Shown one piece after another: positions 10,068 through 17,079 of a stretch of 24,000 nucleotides of DNA. Position 1 is the stretch's first letter; each line of letters starts with the position of its first letter. The notes beneath the pieces are model-generated. The model was given only the letters and a program-made list of their open reading frames with translations, did not search any database and had not been told where the DNA came from. Origin of the DNA: Defluviitaleaceae bacterium. GTDB lineage: Bacteria > Bacillota_I > Bacilli_A > MOL361 > Turicibacteraceae. The DNA is taken from assembly GCA_009778135.1 (NCBI GenBank), contig WRKJ01000106.1, forward strand, positions 31,835 to 55,834, given 5' to 3'. Position numbers and translations under genes: made by a program.

Positions 10068-10496
10068 ATGATATTAAACAGCAATCAGATTCAAGAGATT
10101 ATCCCACATCGCTATCCGATGCTACTGGTTGATCAAATTGAAGCATTAGAGGCTGGGCAGCGTGTTGTCGGGATTAAAGCAGTGACAGCCAATGAACCTT
10201 TTTTTCAAGGTCACTTTCCACAAGAACATGTCATGCCAGGTGTTTTGATTATTGAAGCTTTGGCACAAACTGGTGCAGTTGCATTGTTATCACAAGAAGC
10301 ATTTAAAGGAAAAATTGCTTATTTTGCTGGGATTAATAAGGCAAGATTTAAACGTAAAGTGATTCCAGGCGATGTCCTAACATTAGAAGTTGAAATCACA
10401 AAACTACGTGGTCCCATTGGCATTGGCAGTGCCAAAGCAAGCGTAAATGGCGAACTCGCCTGTGAAGCGGAATTAATGTTTGCCATTGGTGAATAA
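10068..10496 (+). CDS. fabZ: 3-hydroxyacyl-ACP dehydratase
   Basis: [24 protein letters not shown] and [26 protein letters not shown]; start at ATG 10068 after aaaggag, inside the longer 9978 ORF. Confidence 0.94.
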   Translation: MILNSNQIQEIIPHRYPMLLVDQIEALEAGQRVVGIKAVTANEPFFQGHFPQEHVMPGVLIIEALAQTGAVALLSQEAFKGKIAYFAGINKARFKRKVIPGDVLTLEVEITKLRGPIGIGSAKASVNGELACEAELMFAIGE

Positions 10497-10513
10497 AATG
10501 AGATTGATGAGAC

Positions 10514-10560
10514 AAACGACACGATTAACATTCAATTGATGTTAATCGTGTCGTTTTTAA
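10514..10560 (+). terminator. Rho-independent terminator of the acc-fab cluster
   Basis: Perfect 17-bp stem aaacgacacgattaaca (10514-10530) / tgttaatcgtgtcgttt (10540-10556), 9-nt loop, T-run. Confidence 0.93.
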
Positions 10561-10572
10561 CTTTAACTGTCA

Positions 10573-10607
10573 TTTTGAATCAATATATGTCATAAATTGA
10601 TTCAAAA
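10573..10607. promoter_or_regulatory. Perfect 12-bp inverted repeat, candidate operator or activator site
   Basis: ttttgaatcaat (10573-10584) - 11 nt - attgattcaaaa (10596-10607), ending 3 bp before the -35. Confidence 0.6.
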
Positions 10608-10610
10608 ATA

Positions 10611-10639
10611 TTGACAAATAAAAGCCAGTATGCTAGAAT
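10611..10639 (+). promoter_or_regulatory. Sigma-A-type promoter for the lipoprotein/permease unit
   Basis: TTGACA (10611-10616), 17-bp spacer, TAGAAT (10634-10639); SD and ATG 10672 follow. Confidence 0.85.
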
Positions 10640-10671
10640 TGAGGTATATAAAAAAAGGAGGATTAAAATTG

Positions 10672-11718
10672 ATGAACAAGCGTAAAAAAATAGTAGCTGC
10701 TTGCTTTATCGCTACTATTTTTTTCCTTACAGGTTGCGAGACAGATTCTCGTGTCACTTATTTGAATTTAAGACCGATCGTTGATGATGGTTTGATTGAG
10801 ATGATGGAATGGAATGAAAGCGATATGTGGATTGGACAGTCGCTAGGTGTAGCAGCATTAGGTTTTGAAATGGGGCCGACAGATCACTTTTACGGCGTTA
10901 TTGAACTTTCAGATGTGAATGATACCCTGGTCGCTCAAACCGAAAACCTTTCTACACATGATTTATATTTAATGGTTAAAGTCTTTTTAAATTATGAAGA
11001 AGTTCCTTTTCGTGTCAATGGGGAAGAGACGTATACAACTGAATTTGTTTTTTTCTTAGAGCGTGGCTATCAAGTTGATATTCCCTTTGTCATCAATGCT
11101 GATTTTTTAGCAGCAAATACGACAAGTAAATTAACCGTTGGTATTTTCGCTGATCCGCATCGGGAACTCATTAACGAAGAGAATCATGTTGCTGTGTTTT
11201 GGGGGCGCTCGGGCATGGTGTTAAACAATGATTTGATCATTGGAAATGACAGTGCAATACAATTTGAACCAGTTGAATTTTCAGACATCATGTATCGTCA
11301 AGAAGACAGGCAATTTGTTGATTTGTGGGTTGCATCAGATTTTTCGTTAAACGCATATGGCTTTATCAGTCATCCCGAATTACATTTGCAAGTTGAGCGA
11401 GGAAAAGAAATAGAGCTGTTGTTTTATGCTTCACCTTTTGCATCACAAGGGTATGAACTTGAAAATTATTTGATTTTTGGGATGCTTAACTGGCAACAAA
11501 TTTCTTTGAATGCGCAGCCCTTTTTATGGGTAGATACATTTGAACATGGCTTTTCACATGTCAGTGATCATGGTCGCTTCACACTTCCTGCTATTGATGA
11601 AGTGGGTTATCATGAGTTTATGGCCATTTTAGTCTCAAACCCAGAAAAGAGAAACTCAATAACACATTCATTTCCGCTTTTCACATCTAATCGTCTGATT
11701 ATTGAAGTCGTTGAATAG
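10672..11718 (+). CDS. Putative lipoprotein of unknown function
   Basis: Start at ATG 10672 after aaaggagg; MNKRKKIVAACFIATIFFLTGC signal peptide with lipobox LTGC; about 330-aa extracytoplasmic domain. Confidence 0.85.
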   Translation: MNKRKKIVAACFIATIFFLTGCETDSRVTYLNLRPIVDDGLIEMMEWNESDMWIGQSLGVAALGFEMGPTDHFYGVIELSDVNDTLVAQTENLSTHDLYLMVKVFLNYEEVPFRVNGEETYTTEFVFFLERGYQVDIPFVINADFLAANTTSKLTVGIFADPHRELINEENHVAVFWGRSGMVLNNDLIIGNDSAIQFEPVEFSDIMYRQEDRQFVDLWVASDFSLNAYGFISHPELHLQVERGKEIELLFYASPFASQGYELENYLIFGMLNWQQISLNAQPFLWVDTFEHGFSHVSDHGRFTLPAIDEVGYHEFMAILVSNPEKRNSITHSFPLFTSNRLIIEVVE

Positions 11719-11730
11719 AGGTTATGCCAA

Positions 11731-13293
11731 ATGAATGTTTTTAAAAGAGCAGTAATTAGCGTGAGAAGAATGGCTGGAAAATCAGCGCTTCTTTTCTTGA
11801 TTGTTTTGATTTTAGGCTTTTTAGCATCAGGTGCGATTTCTGTTTTGCAAGCGATTGAAAATACCGAAATCAATTTATTAAGACAAATTCCGCCCATTGC
11901 AACGATCAATGTCGATATGGCAGCCAATCTTGGTCATGTAGAACGCTATGATGTGTGGCCAGAAATAGAAAGATTATCGCCAGCATTATTTACAGCCATC
12001 GGTGAGTTGCCTTATGTGCGTCTGTTTGACTATACGGTTTATGGCTTCTTTTTTAGTGATGAATTGATCTTTTCGACGGACACAAATTTTTCATCTCGTG
12101 TTGATTGGCTTGAAGAAGAAATCGCACGTCAAAATTTAGGAATGGGCAGTTATCGAATTGAATTTAATGAAAGTGAGCTTTTTGGTGTCAAAGGTGTGAC
12201 TTACGCCAATGTACTTGATGTTGAAACAGATCTGATTGACCTTGTATCTGGACGTGTTTTTACACAAGATGAAATGGACCATGGCGAGCCAGTTGTCCTG
12301 TTACCACTGGCTTTAGCACAGGAAAATGGACTTGAACTGGGTGATACGTTTGAATTGGAAGCGCGTGTTTATGATCAGATTGATGTTACAGGAACGTTTG
12401 TCGGGGGATGGGAATTAGGCGCATCTGTTCTCGCTTCAGAAATCATTGAACTGGAAGTCATTGGTCTCTTTACCCCAACGGTTGTGCTCAATGATGATGC
12501 GACAATGGTCGATGTTCAAAATTATATTGACCTCAATCGGCGAATGTATGTCCCCCTTGAGATCGCTAAGCGGGAGGGGTTATTACGGCTCGAACATGTC
12601 AACATGTATCATCCAGATGATAGCGGCTATCATGACCAGTTTCATTACAGAGATATTATTTTTGTCCTCTATGATGCGCTAGATCTCGAACAATTTCATG
12701 AGGCAGCTACGGAATTGCTCCCTGATTTTTGGATGATTGAAGATTTAAGAACTGAATTCACCCACATTTCAAGGTCCATGTCAACGATGCAAAATACTGC
12801 TAATTGGCTTATGATTGGGGCGATTTTTGGCTTTTTAATGGTCTTGGGCTTATTTATGTTACTGTTTTTATATGATCGTCGGATGGAGATTGGGATTTAT
12901 CTGGCTTTAGGAGAATCAAAGAAGCGAATTGTCACACAAATATTGATTGAAATGATCAGCGTGGCGACGATTGCGATTGTGATCGCCTTGTTTGTTGGAA
13001 ATATGGCAGCTGACCATATCACCCATGAAACGTTGCGTCGAGATTTAGTTGATAATCCCGCTGTCTTTCCGAACCAAGACATGAACGTTGGTAGCTTTAA
13101 TAGCATGGGATTTTCAATTCAAATGACGGGTGAAGAAATGCTACAAGCATATGCCGTCTCTTTAGACATGTCGACGATGGTTACTTTTTTTGCGACCGCA
13201 ATCGGAATGGTTGCATTATCAACGGCTTTACCTGTTATTTATTTAACCAAATTTAATCCGAAAGATCAGTTAATGAAATCTTCAATTGGATGA
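11731..13293 (+). CDS. FtsX/MacB-like ABC transporter permease
   Basis: TM segment near the N-terminus (ALLFLIVLILGFLASGAISVL), large extracytoplasmic domain, three C-terminal TM segments with RRMEIGIYLALGESKKRIVTQ typical of the FtsX domain. Confidence 0.85.
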   Translation: MNVFKRAVISVRRMAGKSALLFLIVLILGFLASGAISVLQAIENTEINLLRQIPPIATINVDMAANLGHVERYDVWPEIERLSPALFTAIGELPYVRLFDYTVYGFFFSDELIFSTDTNFSSRVDWLEEEIARQNLGMGSYRIEFNESELFGVKGVTYANVLDVETDLIDLVSGRVFTQDEMDHGEPVVLLPLALAQENGLELGDTFELEARVYDQIDVTGTFVGGWELGASVLASEIIELEVIGLFTPTVVLNDDATMVDVQNYIDLNRRMYVPLEIAKREGLLRLEHVNMYHPDDSGYHDQFHYRDIIFVLYDALDLEQFHEAATELLPDFWMIEDLRTEFTHISRSMSTMQNTANWLMIGAIFGFLMVLGLFMLLFLYDRRMEIGIYLALGESKKRIVTQILIEMISVATIAIVIALFVGNMAADHITHETLRRDLVDNPAVFPNQDMNVGSFNSMGFSIQMTGEEMLQAYAVSLDMSTMVTFFATAIGMVALSTALPVIYLTKFNPKDQLMKSSIG

Positions 13294-13308
13294 GTTTACT
13301 TCAGAAAG

Positions 13309-13355
13309 AAAATCCCCAGTAAGTTTGATCGGATATCATGCGTACAGGGGATTTT
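13309..13355. terminator. Probable terminator between convergent permease and biotin ligase genes
   Basis: aaaatcccc (13309-13317) / ggggatttt (13347-13355), followed by one further T on the + strand; long loop; placed at the convergent junction and overlapping the birA stop codon. Confidence 0.7.
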
Positions 13356-14137
13356 TAAACCTCCTTTTGTTTCAATCTAACATCACCTGCTTGTAAATGT
13401 AAGACTTCGCCACATGCTTTTCGAACAATGAGTCGACCTAATGGATCTACACCTTGTACCAACACTTCAAATTCTTCTTTTTGATCGACGATAAAGACAT
13501 AACGATTCAAAATAAATAAGCCTGCTTGATACTGTTTTAAGACGGTTTCTTGATCCGATAATTCAGAAGGCTGTAACATCTTTTTCATGATGGTCGCAAT
13601 TAAGTTAGCTTTGATGCCATGATCAAAGTCATCCATGCCAAGGGTTGTGGCAATCTGTTTCAATTCATCTGGAAATCCGTTCGGTAAAGGAGACACATTC
13701 AAACCGATACCAATGACCAACCAATCGGAACCCACTTGTTGTTCTGTTAAAATACCACCGACTTTTCGACCTTTTAAGAACAGATCATTCACCCATTTTA
13801 AATCGACTTGAATGCCCAGTACGTCATCAATTGCTGACTTAACAGCAACCGCAACAAAAATAGTTGCCAATTGGCGTGCTTTAAAATGCCAGTCGCAACT
13901 GTTGATCATGAGTGAAAGGTAAATCCCGCCTGTTTCAGAAAGAAAAGAACGACCATATGTCCCACGACCAGCACTTTGACGCGTGGCCACAACAGCTGCG
14001 CCATGAATCGGATGGGATAAGATCCTTTCTTTTGCGATATCGTTGGTTGAAGAAACGTCGTCAAAAAAGTAAAGTGGTCCACTTAATCCCGCTACTTGCA
14101 AGCGATCATGTATCATCATTTCATACGTTACTGGCAT
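13355..14137 (-). CDS. birA: Biotin--[acetyl-CoA-carboxylase] ligase lacking the N-terminal HTH
   Basis: 260 aa; FFDDVSSTNDIAKE, TRQSAGRGTYGRSFLSETGGIYLSLMI, QVDLKWVNDLFLKGRKVGGIL biotin-ligase motifs. Confidence 0.92.
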   Translation of the reverse strand: MPVTYEMMIHDRLQVAGLSGPLYFFDDVSSTNDIAKERILSHPIHGAAVVATRQSAGRGTYGRSFLSETGGIYLSLMINSCDWHFKARQLATIFVAVAVKSAIDDVLGIQVDLKWVNDLFLKGRKVGGILTEQQVGSDWLVIGIGLNVSPLPNGFPDELKQIATTLGMDDFDHGIKANLIATIMKKMLQPSELSDQETVLKQYQAGLFILNRYVFIVDQKEEFEVLVQGVDPLGRLIVRKACGEVLHLQAGDVRLKQKEV

Positions 14138-14194
14138 GTTATTGTCATTCCTTTCAATGTCTAAAGCGTAAAATGACCCCTGATTTCATTCACC

Positions 14195-14223
14195 AGTATA
14201 GCATCTTCTAAGTAATTTGTAAA
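14195..14223 (-). promoter_or_regulatory. Sigma-A-type promoter for birA
   Basis: On the minus strand TTTACA (14218-14223), 17-bp spacer, TATACT (14195-14200). Confidence 0.7.
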
Positions 14224-14341
14224 GACGGTTCTACAGTCCAAGCTTTAACTTCGAGTGCCTGGTGTGTGAAACGCATGCAGCACGACATATAATCATGATA
14301 CAATTTATATACAATTGGCGTGTTTTGGTTGACAAAATCAT

Positions 14342-14370
14342 TTGACAATCAAAGTATTTTCTGTTACAAT
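14342..14370 (+). promoter_or_regulatory. Sigma-A-type promoter for bioY-ecfA-ecfT
   Basis: TTGACA (14342-14347), 17-bp spacer, TACAAT (14365-14370), SD gaggag before ATG 14402. Confidence 0.85.
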
Positions 14371-14401
14371 GACTAAAATTTATATGAGGAGTTCGTTTAA
14401 T

Positions 14402-14962
14402 ATGTCACATCAACAACCAACAGCTTATTTACGTGTAACCGTCTACTGTGCGCTGTTTACAGCATTGATCATTATTGGTTCTTATATGAGTTTCCCATTA
14501 CCGCTCAGTCCAGTTCCGATCGTCTTAGCAGATTTCTTTATTATGGTGTCTGCTTTGTTTCTCGGTTGGAAATCCGGTTTAATGAGTGTCATTTTATATT
14601 TGGTGCTCGGTGCCATTGGTCTGCCCGTCTTTGCAGGTGGCGCATCAGGTCTCGCTTCATTTTTTGGGCCAACAGGTGGGTTTTTATTTGGCTATTTACT
14701 TTTAGTTGCATCCATTGGTTTCATAACTGAAAAGATGAAGTCATCCATTGGCGTCACGTTGATCGCCCTGTTAGTTGGGAATGTGTTACTGTATGCCGCA
14801 GGTGTCACGTGGTTAAAAGTCGTTCTCGAGTTAAGTTGGTCGGGTGCCCTTGCAGCTGGATTAACACCTTTTCTACCAGGAACCCTCATCAAAATCATCG
14901 TCGCTGTCGCTATTGGGCAGGTACTCGTGCCGCCTTTTAAAGCAAACATGAAACGTTGGTGA
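14402..14962 (+). CDS. bioY: Biotin transporter S component, BioY family
   Basis: PLPLSPVPIVLADFFIMVSALFLG, GAIGLPVFAGGASGLASFFGPTGGFLFGY; hydrophobic; followed by ATPase and T components. Confidence 0.9.
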   Translation: MSHQQPTAYLRVTVYCALFTALIIIGSYMSFPLPLSPVPIVLADFFIMVSALFLGWKSGLMSVILYLVLGAIGLPVFAGGASGLASFFGPTGGFLFGYLLLVASIGFITEKMKSSIGVTLIALLVGNVLLYAAGVTWLKVVLELSWSGALAAGLTPFLPGTLIKIIVAVAIGQVLVPPFKANMKRW

Positions 14963-14967
14963 TCAGC

Positions 14968-15726
14968 ATGTCGCATCATCCGATCTTAGAAGTTAAAAAT
15001 TTAAGCCATGTTTTCCCAAATGGGACCATGGGTGTTCACCATGTTAATTTACAAGTTTACAAAGGTGAATTTATCATCATCGCAGGTGCCAATGGCTCTG
15101 GGAAGACAGCATTGATTCGTCATTTAAATGGGTTGTTAAAGCCAACGACAGGTGACGTTTTAATGGCGGGGATTTCGATTAGCAGCAACCTCATTGAAGC
15201 ACGAAAGAAAATCGGCTTGATTTTTCAAGATTCTGACAGTCAATTTGTCGGACAAACCGTTTATGAAGAAGTGGCGTTTGGACCTGAAAATCTTAATTTG
15301 CCGCAAGCAGAAGTCGCACAAATCGTTGATGAAGTTTTAGAAGTGGTTCGCTTGAGTGCAGTTGCAAACCAAAGTCCGCACACCTTATCTGGTGGGCAAA
15401 AGCGAAAACTCGCAGTGGCTGGTGTACTCGCCATGAAACCTGAAATCATCATGTTTGATGAACCTTTTACTGGGCTTGATTATCCTGGCGTGGTTCAAGT
15501 CCTTCAACAACTGGTTGCACTTCACCAAGCGGGAAGCACGATTATTTTGGTTACCCATGAACTTGAAAAAGTGCTGGCACATGCGAACCGATTGATCGTG
15601 ATGAATCAAGGTCAACTCGTTGCAGATGGTCGCCCAGAAGACGTGATTAAAACGGTTGAAAAACATGCTGTTAGAATGCCACTTCAACAAGGTGAAAGGA
15701 TTGAATCACTGACATGGCTCAAGTAA
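14968..15726 (+). CDS. Energy-coupling factor transporter ATPase (BioM/CbiO-like)
   Basis: Walker A GANGSGKTAL, signature LSGGQKRKLAVAGVLAM, Walker B IIMFDEPFTGLD, TTIILVTHELE. ATG 14968 chosen over upstream TTG. Confidence 0.92.
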   Translation: MSHHPILEVKNLSHVFPNGTMGVHHVNLQVYKGEFIIIAGANGSGKTALIRHLNGLLKPTTGDVLMAGISISSNLIEARKKIGLIFQDSDSQFVGQTVYEEVAFGPENLNLPQAEVAQIVDEVLEVVRLSAVANQSPHTLSGGQKRKLAVAGVLAMKPEIIMFDEPFTGLDYPGVVQVLQQLVALHQAGSTIILVTHELEKVLAHANRLIVMNQGQLVADGRPEDVIKTVEKHAVRMPLQQGERIESLTWLK

Positions 15727-16406
15727 CCTTTTTTCATTACATCCATCAAGAAACGGTTTTGCATCGGATGGATGGTCGCTTAAAATTAGGATGTCTGTTT
15801 GTGTTGACGTTTTCAGCAACTTTAGCAAGTGGTTGGCTTTCGTTTCTCATACTGCTCAGTTTACTCAGTTGTGGGTTAGTGGTTTCTAAATTACCACTCG
15901 TTACCCTCATGAAAGAAATGAAACTTTTAGCCGTGATGCTTATCATTGTCTTTCTCACGAATGGCTTTCATTTTGCAAGCCGGCTCATCTTGATGATGCT
16001 CATCTCTGTCCTCATGTCAGGCACGACTTCTTTAACGACGGTTAAAAACACCATTGAATGGTATTTGCGTCCCATTCCTTTTATCCCCGAAGTTCGTATT
16101 GCAACCATGATCAATCTGACATTCGTTTTAATTCCTATGATCTTTGACAATTATTTAGAAATGACCGACGCACAAAAGGCACGCTGTGTCACCTTACGAA
16201 AAAATCCAATCAGACGCATCAAATGGCTGGTTTTCCCCTTACTCAGTCGAACTTTAAGACGCGCTGACGAACTCATCTATGCCATGGAAGCACGCTGCTA
16301 TTCTGAAACACGCACACGTGCGACTTTTAAGCCAACCCACCGATTAGATTGGCTTATCCTTGCTTTATGCCTGCTTGCTTTGATCCTTGTTGCTTGGTAC
16401 GCGTGA
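15714..16406 (+). CDS. Energy-coupling factor transporter transmembrane protein EcfT (BioN-like)
   Basis: HRMDGRLKLGCLFVLTFSA N-terminus, multiple TM segments, EMTDAQKARCV and YAMEARCY coupling motifs; overlaps the ATPase gene. Confidence 0.88.
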   Translation: MAQVTFFHYIHQETVLHRMDGRLKLGCLFVLTFSATLASGWLSFLILLSLLSCGLVVSKLPLVTLMKEMKLLAVMLIIVFLTNGFHFASRLILMMLISVLMSGTTSLTTVKNTIEWYLRPIPFIPEVRIATMINLTFVLIPMIFDNYLEMTDAQKARCVTLRKNPIRRIKWLVFPLLSRTLRRADELIYAMEARCYSETRTRATFKPTHRLDWLILALCLLALILVAWYA

Positions 16407-16516
16407 TTGATCGTTTTACGTCGCTTTCGTCTGATTAAAATAACTGCTTTTTCATACAATATTGATGTTGAGCAATACTTTTTTTGCATTTTCTTCAAAA
16501 AAATTTAAAAAAAGTA

Positions 16517-16546
16517 TTGACGAAAGTTGGGAGGATGTGTTATAAT
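16517..16546 (+). promoter_or_regulatory. Strong sigma-A-type promoter of the candidate sRNA
   Basis: TTGACG (16517-16522), 18-bp spacer, TATAAT (16541-16546). Confidence 0.8.
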
Positions 16547-16552
16547 CTTTTC

Positions 16553-16630
16553 ATAGATGAAGCACATGATCATTTGCTTGGCTCTATACTGTAGGAGACC
16601 CCCCCACTCCTACAGTATAGAGCTTTTATT
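16553..16630 (+). ncRNA. Candidate small RNA of about 75-80 nt, unknown family
   Basis: Starts about 7 nt after the -10; 5' hairpin 16560-16579 (aagca/tgctt), then a perfect 17-bp stem 16581-16597/16607-16623 with loop ACCCCCCCA and a T-rich tail; no ORF of note. Confidence 0.6.
16581..16630 (+). terminator. Intrinsic terminator with C7 loop
   Basis: gctctatactgtaggag - accccccca - ctcctacagtatagagc followed by ttttatttt. Confidence 0.88.
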
Positions 16631-16687
16631 TTGTTTGAAATGGTCCAGTGTTTTTGTTGGTCGCCCCTCGTTTTTTTAATGAGAATA

Positions 16688-16696
16688 TGGTATAAT
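16688..16696 (+). promoter_or_regulatory. Extended -10 promoter for ylxM-ffh
   Basis: TGGTATAAT (TGn plus a perfect -10), about 45 nt upstream of the likely ylxM start; no good -35. Confidence 0.65.
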
Positions 16697-16740
16697 GATC
16701 GCTGTAGATTTTTGGGTGAAGAATGGCAGGTGTTGCGTTC

Positions 16741-17055
16741 ATGTTAGAAAAGGTGACTCAGATCAATGAATTGTATGATGTGTATCAAGGGTTGTTGACA
16801 AAAAAGCAACAGGAATATATGGAGCTTTATTATCATGAAGATTGGTCACTATCTGAAATTGCAGATGAAGTAGGTGTGAGTCGCAATGCCGTTCATGATA
16901 ACATTCGTCGAACGGAAAAATTATTGGTTGGGTATGAAGAAAAATTGAAAATTTATGAAAAAGATAGCAAACGACGTCAGTTTTATGATAAAATAAAAGC
17001 ATGCACAGATGACGTTGCTGTTTTAGAGCTGGTTGCGCAATTAGAGGTCGTATAG
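16741..17055 (+). CDS. ylxM: YlxM/p13-like putative DNA-binding protein
   Basis: MLEKVTQINELYDVYQGLLTKKQQEYMELYYHEDWSLSEIADEVGVSRNAVHDNIRRTEKLL HTH; directly upstream of ffh. Confidence 0.92.
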   Translation: MLEKVTQINELYDVYQGLLTKKQQEYMELYYHEDWSLSEIADEVGVSRNAVHDNIRRTEKLLVGYEEKLKIYEKDSKRRQFYDKIKACTDDVAVLELVAQLEVV

Positions 17056-17079
17056 GAAAGAAATTAAGGAGACAGGATC

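Noticed and set aside
14156-14401. Riboswitch or T-box upstream of bioY
   Set aside because: The promoter at 14342-14370 leaves a leader of only about 25 nt, too short for a riboswitch or T-box.
15261-15452. Small ORFs opposite the ECF ATPase and other short overlapping ORFs (60-80 aa) in the track
   Set aside because: Lengths expected by chance in this composition, no SD, no conserved motifs.
16460-16485. Possible terminator after ecfT (tattg 16460-16464 / caata 16473-16477 then T7)
   Set aside because: Only a 5-bp AT-rich stem; the T-run is suggestive but the hairpin is too weak to call with confidence.
16553-16630. Signal recognition particle RNA (4.5S/scRNA) next to ffh
   Set aside because: The conserved SRP apical loop and asymmetric internal loop sequences are absent; structure is a simple terminator-type hairpin.
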